A stretch of DNA of 64,000 bases from Vulcanimicrobiota bacterium (GTDB lineage Bacteria > Vulcanimicrobiota > Vulcanimicrobiia > Vulcanimicrobiales > Vulcanimicrobiaceae): NCBI GenBank assembly GCA_963714015.1, contig OY970223.1:3424001-3488000 (forward strand), given 5' to 3'. This document shows, in pieces, positions 21,372-29,453 of this stretch. The notes under the pieces were generated by a model. The model saw only the letters and a program-made list of their open reading frames with translations, was not told where the DNA came from and searched no databases. Made by a program: the position numbers and the translations under genes. Position 1 is the stretch's first letter. Each line of letters opens with the position of its first letter.

Positions 21372-23372
21372 CTACGTTGCGCGCGGCCGCATGCTTCCGA
21401 CCAATCGGTAGAGCAAGACGCCGAGCGCGACGAACGCTATTCCGCCGATGACGTCGGCTGCCGTCGCAAAGTTGTCTCCCACGAGGGCGAGCGGCGAGCT
21501 GTTGCCGGATAACACGATAATGCCCGCCAGCAAAACACCGAACAAGCTCTCACCGACGATGAGTCCCGACGCGAGCAAAACGCCCAAGCGTTTCGCTGCT
21601 TCCGCATGCGGCTTACGCTCGACCCAATCGTTGTAAAAGCGTCCGGCGAGCGCTCCGGCGACTACCGGAAAGATCGTTGAGGCGGGCAGATAGATGCCGA
21701 GCCCCACGGCCAGCGGCGGCAGTTTGACGCGATCGTTCGTAGATCGGCGCAGAACCTCGTCGATGATGATGATAACGATGCCCGCCAGCACGCCTATTCC
21801 GATTAAGTTCCACGGCGCTTGTCCCCCGATCACGCCTTTGGCAAGCGCCGAGATCAGCGTTGCTTGGGGAGCCGGAAGCGGCTGCGCGGCCGGCGACGTG
21901 TTGGGATGCGGCGCACCGGCAAAGCCATACGCAGCGTTGAGCAGGCCCAGAATCGGCGGTATGACGATCGCGCCGAAAATGACGCCGACGACCAGCGCGA
22001 TTTGCTGGCGCCACGGCGTTGCGCCGACGAGTTGACCGGTCTTCAGATCCTGAAGATTATCGTTGGAGATCGTAGCGACGCACAGCACGACGGCGGTGAC
22101 GAAGAGTGCGAAGGCGATCAGCGCCGGCTTGACTGCCGGATTTGCGGCGTGTGCCATTCCCAGCAAAATGAGCGACGCGCCGATGACGGTCAAAATCGCT
22201 AGGCCCGAAACCGGGCTGTTCGACGATCCGATGAGTCCCGCCATGTATCCGCATACCGCCGCGACCAAAAAACCCGCGATGACGGTGTAAACTATGGCAA
22301 CGATAATCAGCGGCACCATGATCGGCGCGAGCGCTCCTCCACGCAAGAAGTACGTAAAAAGCGCGGCGAGCGGAATCAAACACAGAATACTGACCAGCGC
22401 GACTTGATTGATCGGAATGTCGCGTTCGGTAATCGGTAATCCGGCCTGCCCGGCGATACGGCGCTGCTGCGTTGCCGCGAGCGCCGACTGCAGTCCGTTC
22501 CACACCGGTAAGGCGAGCTTTCCGAGCGTCCAAATTGCCGAGATGCCGATCGCGCCGGCCCCGATGAAGCGGACTTGATGCGACCAAATCGCCGTCGCAA
22601 CGGTGGCGGCATCGCCTGCGGCAGGGTGCAGCGCAGTCAAAATCGGCGTTGCGATTCCCCAAGCAATGACCAGCCCCGTGAACATCGCAAGGCCTACGGA
22701 GAGTCCGATCAGATGTCCGGCTCCAAGCAGCGCAAACGAGAGCCCGAAACCGATTCCCGTTGCGGACGATCCCGCGCGAAAGAACGCGTCGATTTCGCCC
22801 GTGAAGATCTTCGTTGCCGCAACCGCCGCGAACCCTGCTGATGCGACCGAGCCGAGGATGACCGCTAAAACGCCCGCGGTGCCCTCGGCGGCGCCTTCGC
22901 GCGTCCCGACGCCGACCCGCAGAACTTCGGCAGCGGCCACGCCTTCGGGATAAGGCAGATCGGACTCCGTAACCAGCGCCCGCCGCAGCGGAATCGAGTA
23001 CATCACGCCCAGAATTCCGCCGATTGCGCAAATTGAGAAGCTCTCCCAGAACGGAAATCCGGTCCACCAGCCGACCATAACCAAACCGGGCAAAACGAAA
23101 ATAATCGATGAAAGCGTCCCCGCCGCGGAAGCGACGGTTTGCACGATATTGTTCTCCCAGATCGTCGACGTGCGAAACGCGCGCAGACACGCCATGGAGA
23201 TAACGGCGGCGGGAATGGACGATGCGAAGGTCAGCCCGACCTTGAGTCCGAGATAAACGTTGGCCGCCGTGAAGACGAGCGTAATTGCGGCGCCCAGGAT
23301 GAGCCCGCGGACGGTAAGCTCGACGCGGGAATCTGAGACGGCAGCGGCATCGGTCGAGGTCGTTGCTTCCAT
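21372..23372 (-). CDS. OPT-family oligopeptide transporter
   Basis: ELTVRGLILG, YLGLKVGLTFASSIPAAVIS, ENNIVQTVASA, LPYPEG, LQDLKTG, APQA. Confidence 0.93.
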   Translation of the reverse strand: MEATTSTDAAAVSDSRVELTVRGLILGAAITLVFTAANVYLGLKVGLTFASSIPAAVISMACLRAFRTSTIWENNIVQTVASAAGTLSSIIFVLPGLVMVGWWTGFPFWESFSICAIGGILGVMYSIPLRRALVTESDLPYPEGVAAAEVLRVGVGTREGAAEGTAGVLAVILGSVASAGFAAVAATKIFTGEIDAFFRAGSSATGIGFGLSFALLGAGHLIGLSVGLAMFTGLVIAWGIATPILTALHPAAGDAATVATAIWSHQVRFIGAGAIGISAIWTLGKLALPVWNGLQSALAATQQRRIAGQAGLPITERDIPINQVALVSILCLIPLAALFTYFLRGGALAPIMVPLIIVAIVYTVIAGFLVAAVCGYMAGLIGSSNSPVSGLAILTVIGASLILLGMAHAANPAVKPALIAFALFVTAVVLCVATISNDNLQDLKTGQLVGATPWRQQIALVVGVIFGAIVIPPILGLLNAAYGFAGAPHPNTSPAAQPLPAPQATLISALAKGVIGGQAPWNLIGIGVLAGIVIIIIDEVLRRSTNDRVKLPPLAVGLGIYLPASTIFPVVAGALAGRFYNDWVERKPHAEAAKRLGVLLASGLIVGESLFGVLLAGIIVLSGNSSPLALVGDNFATAADVIGGIAFVALGVLLYRLVGSMRPRAT

Positions 23373-23421
23373 GCGGCTGCATTGGCAGTAACCAAGCAGC
23401 CCGCCTGCAACGATCCGGCGG

Positions 23422-23577
23422 TTACGGCTGCGCGGGCGGGTCGCTCGCGGGGAACGAGTCCGCTACGGCCTTATCGTAGTCGTCGAGTTTCTTGTCGCCT
23501 TCCTTGGCGTCGCGCACTTCCTTTTTGATCTCCGCGTGCTCCGCTGGAGGGATCGTCCGGGACTGTTGCTTATCCAT
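23422..23577 (-). CDS. Small protein (51 aa) with SFPASDPP motif
   Basis: MDKQQSRT...YDKAVADSFPASDPPAQP; widespread small-protein motif. Confidence 0.65.
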   Translation of the reverse strand: MDKQQSRTIPPAEHAEIKKEVRDAKEGDKKLDDYDKAVADSFPASDPPAQP

Positions 23578-23584
23578 TGGCACG

Positions 23585-24058
23585 TTGTACCCAAAAGAAC
23601 GCGCGGCGGTTCCGACACCGCTGGGCGCGGTATTGCTCGTCGAAGCCGGCGCTGAAGCGATTACCGGCGCCCGCTTTGCGCGCAAGACTGCGCTTTCGGC
23701 CGCGCGCCCGAAGCACGATCTGCTCCGTGAAGCCGCCGCGCAAGTGCGCGCATACTTTCGCGGACGGCTGCGGCGGTTCGATCTGCCGCTGCACTTCGAT
23801 GGAACCGAGTTTCAGATCGACGTTTGGCGGATGGTGTCGAGCTTGGAGTTCGGCGAAATCGTGTCATACGGGGATGTGGCGCGCATCATCGGCCGGCGGG
23901 GTGCGCACCGCGGCGTCGCAGCGGCGATGGCAAAGACGCCGATCGACTTGTTCGTTCCTGCACATCGTGTGGTCGGCGCAGACGGCACCGTCCGAGGTGC
24001 CGGACCAAACTCGCTGCGGCGTCGATTGCTTCGATTAGAGGGAATACGGCTTCGCTGA
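23585..24058 (+). CDS. Methylated-DNA-protein-cysteine methyltransferase homolog lacking the catalytic Cys (ATL-like)
   Basis: YFRGRLRRFDLPL..GTEFQIDVW...GEIVSYGDVA...PAHRVV in place of PCHRV. Confidence 0.8.
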   Translation: MYPKERAAVPTPLGAVLLVEAGAEAITGARFARKTALSAARPKHDLLREAAAQVRAYFRGRLRRFDLPLHFDGTEFQIDVWRMVSSLEFGEIVSYGDVARIIGRRGAHRGVAAAMAKTPIDLFVPAHRVVGADGTVRGAGPNSLRRRLLRLEGIRLR

Positions 24059-24073
24059 AACTCCGGTGCGCGG

Positions 24074-24220
24074 TCAGTCGCGGGCAATGACGATGAGCGC
24101 CAGCGCCCAGCCGGACGGCGTGCGCAGACGGGCGAGATAACCGTCGTCCGTCTTTCCGTAAATGTGATAGCCAGCCCTGAGTGCGTCCGCAACCGAACTG
24201 AACACGACTACACCGGTCAT
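24074..24220 (-). CDS. Small hypothetical protein (48 aa)
   Basis: Manually found MTGVVVFSSVADALRAGYHIYGKTDDGYLARLRTPSGWALALIVIARD with GAGG RBS; below the ORF-track cutoff. Confidence 0.6.
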   Translation of the reverse strand: MTGVVVFSSVADALRAGYHIYGKTDDGYLARLRTPSGWALALIVIARD

Positions 24221-24315
24221 AGAATGCCTCTACTCCGCGCGCGGGGAGCAGTCCCTGTCTAACGGGTTGGATAGATTCCAACAACTTGCGAACAACGTGT
24301 GGACGCAGCTGTGTA

Positions 24316-25065
24316 TTACCTGTCGACAAAGCGGCGCCATTCCAGGAGCGCGCCGCCGCCGTTGTTGCGATCTCCGGCAAGCCCGGTAGCCGTGTACTTC
24401 GCCGAAAAATCGATGGTGCGAATCCCGAACAGCCACTCGCTGTCGCGTTTGCGAAAGCCCCATGTTACGGCCGCATCCTCCTCGGCCGCAGCTTCGGCTT
24501 TCACGACCGGAGCAACGGGGATGCTGTACGCATAATAATCGCTTCCGCTCAAGTGCGGTGTCGCACCTACCACGACTTCCCAAAAGCGCCGCGCGGTGTA
24601 CGAACTGCGATACACGGCTTCCAAACGAAGTCCCGCCAGACGCGAAGATACGACTTGACTGATATTCGGAAGGGGCGTTCGCTGGTTGATCACCGTCTCG
24701 CCGGCGCCCAGCCAATATCGCGCGCGGCGATCGAGCGCCGCGCGAAGCGCACCATCGAGCAGGCTGAGCTGCGGGGTGGCCTGTCCGTAATACGAAGATG
24801 CACGCTGCGGCAGCGAGACCGGCGGAATACCTTCGAGGTGTAAGCCGAATCGTCTCAAGCGGACGCCGGCTTCGACGATCGCGCCGAGCGCGGTGCCGTG
24901 CTGCGTGCCGGCGATGTCCTTGTGAGCGCCGGTAAGCAGAATGCCTTGCAAGCCGACGTAGACTTTCGGATCCGCCGATGCCGTTGCCGGCGAGATCGAA
25001 AACAATCCCATCGCGAAAGCGAGGGCAAGGGCCGGTCCTCGGCAGTTAGCGCTTCGCGGCGTCAA
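24316..25065 (-). CDS. Putative outer-membrane beta-barrel protein
   Basis: Signal peptide (ASA), alternating amphipathic strands, C-terminal LLEWRRF. Confidence 0.55.
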   Translation of the reverse strand: MTPRSANCRGPALALAFAMGLFSISPATASADPKVYVGLQGILLTGAHKDIAGTQHGTALGAIVEAGVRLRRFGLHLEGIPPVSLPQRASSYYGQATPQLSLLDGALRAALDRRARYWLGAGETVINQRTPLPNISQVVSSRLAGLRLEAVYRSSYTARRFWEVVVGATPHLSGSDYYAYSIPVAPVVKAEAAAEEDAAVTWGFRKRDSEWLFGIRTIDFSAKYTATGLAGDRNNGGGALLEWRRFVDR

Positions 25066-25726
25066 TAAGAACGATTCCGCGCGTGTCCTTGTGTTCGAAT
25101 TGATCGAGCGCCGAGAGTGCTGCTCCGATCGGGCTCTCGGGCTGAGTCGCTTGCGTGAGCGTCATGCCGATCCGTTGTTTTGCCATATTGTCCACCGGAG
25201 CGCGCATCACGTCCGGAAGCGATCGGTATCTCGAGATCAAATTCAGCACGAATCCGAAGTGCTCGTTCACCAGCGGCGGATCCATGACCATGACGAGCAG
25301 GCCTCGGGTCTTGCCGCCGGCTTTTTTCACGAACAGCGCGTAATCCAAACCATTGCGCTCCGCTTGCGCGCGTTGCTCTGGGTTGTTTCCCGTTTCCAAT
25401 GCGGCATATCCCGGCGGCGGAGATGCGTTGACGCGGTCCACCCACGCCGAGAGCTCCGGAAATGCTGCGTCGCTCGACGCGATCACTTCGCGGCCCGCAT
25501 ACGTTCCGTTCCCGTTATCGAAGATGGAACTCCCCACCGGCGCCTTCGCATCGATCGCCTGCACGAACGTGTGGGAGGCGACAAGAGCAGCTCCGGGATA
25601 AATCGGAAAATCTATCGGATTGTGCAGCGCGCTGGACGAGGACCCGCTTTGCTGCCCGTTTTGCCCCGACGAACACGCCGCCACCGCCGCGGCCGCCAGG
25701 ACCGCCCCAATGATCCTTCTGAGCAT
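25046..25726 (-). CDS. Hypothetical lipoprotein
   Basis: Lipobox VAAC; NPIDFPIYPGA. Confidence 0.65.
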   Translation of the reverse strand: MLRRIIGAVLAAAAVAACSSGQNGQQSGSSSSALHNPIDFPIYPGAALVASHTFVQAIDAKAPVGSSIFDNGNGTYAGREVIASSDAAFPELSAWVDRVNASPPPGYAALETGNNPEQRAQAERNGLDYALFVKKAGGKTRGLLVMVMDPPLVNEHFGFVLNLISRYRSLPDVMRAPVDNMAKQRIGMTLTQATQPESPIGAALSALDQFEHKDTRGIVLIDAAKR

Positions 25727-25791
25727 ACCGCGCTGTTGTTCGAGGAGAACCGCCTGCGGCCCCGTAAGGCTGCCGAGGGGGAGATCTTCGT

Positions 25792-26106
25792 ATGCCGTTC
25801 GACGAATTTTGGCCGCACTACCTCAACGCGCATCGCGATCCGCGCACGCGGATGTTCCACGTAACGGGGACTCTGGCCGCTGCCGGACTGATGGTCGCGG
25901 CGCTCGCAGCCCGCAAACCATGGCTTGCGGCTGCGGCGCTCGCCGCGGGATACGGCCCCGCGTGGTTTTCGCATGCATTCTTCGAACGAAACAGGCCCGA
26001 AACGTTTCGCGCGCCGTTCGCCTCGCTCGGCGCGGACTTTGTGATGGCTTGGCACGTTCTTCGAGGCACTATCGATCAACAGCTTGCCGGTCAACGGGAG
26101 GAGTAG
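25792..26106 (+). CDS. DUF962/Mpo1-like membrane protein
   Basis: FDEFWPHYLNAHRDP..R.FHV.GT, GYGPAWFSHAFFERNRPETF..P..SL..DF. Confidence 0.85.
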   Translation: MPFDEFWPHYLNAHRDPRTRMFHVTGTLAAAGLMVAALAARKPWLAAAALAAGYGPAWFSHAFFERNRPETFRAPFASLGADFVMAWHVLRGTIDQQLAGQREE

Positions 26107-26109
26107 ACT

Positions 26110-26886
26110 CTGCAACGCGAACCGCTTTCCTACGGATCGTATCTGCACATCGACGACCTGCTCGCGCTGCAGCAGCCGCTCTCGTCGCCGGCGCATCACG
26201 ACGAGATGCTTTTCATCGTCATTCACCAAGTGTACGAACTGTGGTTCAAGCAGCTGCTCCATGAATTAGATGCGGTCGTGCGCGCATTGGAACGTTCCGA
26301 GCTGCTTCTCGTGGCGAAACATTTTCGGCGCATCCACACGATTCAGCGCTTGCTGGAGCAGCAGGTCGACGTCCTGGAAACGATGACGCCGCAAGAATTC
26401 AATGCTTTTCGCGAACATCTCAATCCGGCTAGCGGATTCCAATCAATCCAGTTCCGCGAGATGGAGTTCGCTGTAGGTGTCCGGCGCACCGAAACGCTCA
26501 AATATCTCCAATTGACTGGCGAGCAGCGCGCCCGGCTCGAGCAGCGCCTTGCCGATCCGTCGCTCTATGATTACGTCAAAGATCTGCTGCGCAAGCGTAA
26601 ATTCGCGGCGGACTCTTCCGAGCAACTCGTCCTGACGTTCAAGAGCATCTACGAGAATCCGTACGAAAACTACGATCTTTACCTGCTGCTCGAGGACTTG
26701 ATTGAGTTCGACGAACGGCTGCTGCTCTGGCGCGGCCGGCACGTTCGTATGGTCGAACGGATGATCGGCGCCAAACGCGGCACAGGCGGATCGCTCGGAG
26801 CCCAATACCTGGCAACCACTCTGGAAAACCGCATGTTCCCGGAACTGTGGGAGATGCGCACGCTTCTAGGCAAGGACTACGGCTGA
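26110..26886 (+). CDS. kynA: Tryptophan 2,3-dioxygenase
   Basis: LSYGSYLHIDDLLALQ, HDEMLFIVIHQVYELWFK, ASGFQS, VERMIGAKRGTGGS; conserved N-terminus extends upstream to a CTG at 26110. Confidence 0.92.
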   Translation: MQREPLSYGSYLHIDDLLALQQPLSSPAHHDEMLFIVIHQVYELWFKQLLHELDAVVRALERSELLLVAKHFRRIHTIQRLLEQQVDVLETMTPQEFNAFREHLNPASGFQSIQFREMEFAVGVRRTETLKYLQLTGEQRARLEQRLADPSLYDYVKDLLRKRKFAADSSEQLVLTFKSIYENPYENYDLYLLLEDLIEFDERLLLWRGRHVRMVERMIGAKRGTGGSLGAQYLATTLENRMFPELWEMRTLLGKDYG

Positions 26887-28025
26887 TGCAAACGACGACG
26901 CAAGCGGTCCTGCGGGATCGATTTCCGATTCTAAGCAATTCCACGTTCTTGGTGAGCCATTCGATGGGCGCGGCTCCGATTGGGGCCAAAACGGCGCTGG
27001 AAAAGTACTTCGATCTATGGGCCGAGCAAGGCGCCGAAGCGTGGGAGGAATGGCTGCCCGGCATCGGCAGCATTGCGGACGGCATCGGAGAGCTGATCGG
27101 CGCGCCGTCCGGCTCGATCTTCCTGGGGCCGAACGTTTCCGTGCTGCAAGCGGCGCTTGCGAGTTCGCTGAAGTTTACCGCCGGCCGGAACGAAGTCGTG
27201 TACGAAGCGCTGCAATTTCCGTCGTTGACGTACGTCTGGAGCGAATGGCAGCGTTTCGGCGCGGTGCCGCGCATCGTGCCTTCGGACGATGGGCGCACGA
27301 TTCAAACCGAACGCCTCATCGAAGCGATCACCGAGCGTACGCTCATTGCGGTGCTCTCTCACGCGTACTACGTTTCCGGTGCGCTCTGCGACGTTCGCGC
27401 GGTTCAACAGCATTGCCGCAAGACCGGCACGCTGCTGTGCGTCGACGCTTATCAAACGACGGGCGTCTTTCCGTATGACGTGGTCGAGTGGGATCTCGAC
27501 ATGGTGACGGGCGGCAGCCACAAATGGCTCTGCGGCGGTCCGGGCTGCGCTTGGATTTACGTCAAGCCCGAGCTGCGGGCAAAGTTGGAACCTGCCGTCA
27601 CCGGCTGGATGGCGCATGCGCGTCCGTTCTCGTTCGAGCCGGCACCTATGACGTGGGCGCCGAGCATGTATCGTTTCGGCACGGGCACGCCGACCATTCC
27701 CGGGTATGTGGCGGCCAAGCCTGGACACGATTTGGTCAAGCAAGTCGGCGTGGCAAAGATCCGCGAACACAACGTTCGCTTGACGACCGTCATTGCGCAG
27801 AAGGCGCTCGAGAGCGGGTTCACCGTCAATACGCCGCTCGATCCGCAGAAACGCACCGGGTGGATCGGCATCGATTTTCCGGACTCGCGGCTTGCGTACG
27901 AAAAATTGATTGCGCGCCGCGTATTCGTCGACTATCGCCCGGGATGCGGCATCCGCGTGAGTCCGCATTTTTACACCACTGACGACGAAGTCTCGGCGTT
28001 CTTCGATGCGCTCGGAGCGGGATGA
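26886..28025 (+). CDS. kynU: Kynureninase-like PLP enzyme (class V aminotransferase fold)
   Basis: SHSMG, FPSL, DAYQTTG, GGSHKWLCGGPG, PAVTGW, VDYRPG..IRVSPHFY; coupled to kynA. Confidence 0.82.
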   Translation: MQTTTQAVLRDRFPILSNSTFLVSHSMGAAPIGAKTALEKYFDLWAEQGAEAWEEWLPGIGSIADGIGELIGAPSGSIFLGPNVSVLQAALASSLKFTAGRNEVVYEALQFPSLTYVWSEWQRFGAVPRIVPSDDGRTIQTERLIEAITERTLIAVLSHAYYVSGALCDVRAVQQHCRKTGTLLCVDAYQTTGVFPYDVVEWDLDMVTGGSHKWLCGGPGCAWIYVKPELRAKLEPAVTGWMAHARPFSFEPAPMTWAPSMYRFGTGTPTIPGYVAAKPGHDLVKQVGVAKIREHNVRLTTVIAQKALESGFTVNTPLDPQKRTGWIGIDFPDSRLAYEKLIARRVFVDYRPGCGIRVSPHFYTTDDEVSAFFDALGAG

Positions 28026-29377
28026 TGGCGACGTCCGCAATGATCGTCGACCATCGAAACATAGGCGCCGCATTCCGGCGCCTTTCTCTTCCCAACGCCG
28101 TGGCGATGCTCGGCGATCAGCTGCTTGGAATCGTCGACACGATCGCGATAGGAACGCTCGGTACGGTCGCGCTCGCCGGCGTTACCGGCGCCACGACCGT
28201 ATTCGTCGCGGTCGCTTTCGGAGCGTTTGGGTTCAGCAACGGCCTGGGAATCGTCGCGGCTCAGCGCATCGGTGCAGGAGACGTCGAAGGGTTTGCGCGG
28301 ACGGTGCGCGCCGGGTTCGTGATCCCGTTTGCTGCGGCGGTGCTGACGGCTGCGGTGAGCATCTTTTTCGGCCGCCCGATCGTAGGCGCGATGGTCGGCC
28401 ACTTGGCTTCTTCGCACGCAAGCGGCACCTATTTGATCTTGCGTTGCTTCTCGCTGCTGCCGATCGTCGTTTCCGTGACTGTCATCAACGGCTTGAGTGC
28501 TGCCGGCAACCGCAAAATCGCCGTCATCATCTTGGCGATCGTCAACCTCGTGCATATTCCGCTGCTGCTGATTCTGGCGCTCGGATGGTTCACGCATCAT
28601 CCGCTCGGCATCGTCGGAGCGGGGATATCCTCGCTGCTCTCTGAGTGCACCGCCGCAATCTACGCGATCGTCTACGTGATACGGCGCCCGATCTACCGGG
28701 TACTCTCGAGTCTGAGCGTGGATTTGCGCTTGGCATTCGAGTGCGCGCGTTTGGGACTTCCGGAAGCCGTCTTTCTGTTCTGCGTCATCGCGCCGGACGC
28801 GTTCATCGTGGCAATGCTCGCGCCGTTCGGTCCCACCGCAATCTCCGCATTCCGCGCGCTCAACGTCGTCTCGGACCTCACCTTCGTCGTTCCCAGTCCG
28901 CTGCAAGCCGCGGTGCAGACGGTCATCGGCCAGCGTTTAGGCGCAGGCGACGTTGAAGGGGCGCAGTGGTTCTTTCGTCGCGCACGCGTATTGGCGTTCC
29001 GCATCACCGCTGCAACCGGCGTCGTCTGCGCTTCGCTCGCATGGCCCTTGGCATATCTGTTCACGCTCAATGGGCCGGTGGCTTCCGTAGCGGCGCTTCC
29101 GCTCGCGCTCCACATGGCCACGCTGCCGATCAAGGGATGGGCGATGGTTTCAATGGCGCCGATCCGCGCATCGGGCGACACGCGCTTCTCCATGACGGTG
29201 GGTATCGTGAGCAGCGCGCTGGTGATCCCGGCGGCGTACGTCTGCATCTACGTGCTGCGCATCGGGCTTTACGGCGTTCCGGTGGGCTGGATCTTCGCTT
29301 GGCTTGCGCGTTCGGTGCTTACGCTGTTCAAGTTGCGCGGCGAATCGTGGACGCGCCGCAGCTTGATTGCGGTTTAG
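28022..29377 (+). CDS. MATE-family efflux transporter
   Basis: About 12 TM; LGIVDTIAIGTLG, QRIGAGD twice, RASGDTR. Confidence 0.88.
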   Translation: MMATSAMIVDHRNIGAAFRRLSLPNAVAMLGDQLLGIVDTIAIGTLGTVALAGVTGATTVFVAVAFGAFGFSNGLGIVAAQRIGAGDVEGFARTVRAGFVIPFAAAVLTAAVSIFFGRPIVGAMVGHLASSHASGTYLILRCFSLLPIVVSVTVINGLSAAGNRKIAVIILAIVNLVHIPLLLILALGWFTHHPLGIVGAGISSLLSECTAAIYAIVYVIRRPIYRVLSSLSVDLRLAFECARLGLPEAVFLFCVIAPDAFIVAMLAPFGPTAISAFRALNVVSDLTFVVPSPLQAAVQTVIGQRLGAGDVEGAQWFFRRARVLAFRITAATGVVCASLAWPLAYLFTLNGPVASVAALPLALHMATLPIKGWAMVSMAPIRASGDTRFSMTVGIVSSALVIPAAYVCIYVLRIGLYGVPVGWIFAWLARSVLTLFKLRGESWTRRSLIAV

Positions 29378-29383
29378 CGCGCG

Positions 29384-29424
29384 AAAAAAAGGCCGGAGAG
29401 GCGTCATTAGCGCCGCTCCGGCCT
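29384..29424 (-). terminator. Intrinsic terminator of the fimbrial-like operon
   Basis: Stem AGGCCGGAG...CTCCGGCCT followed on the minus strand by a U-tract. Confidence 0.7.
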
Positions 29425-29453
29425 CGCGTGCAGCAGCACGTCTCGGCTAACCG

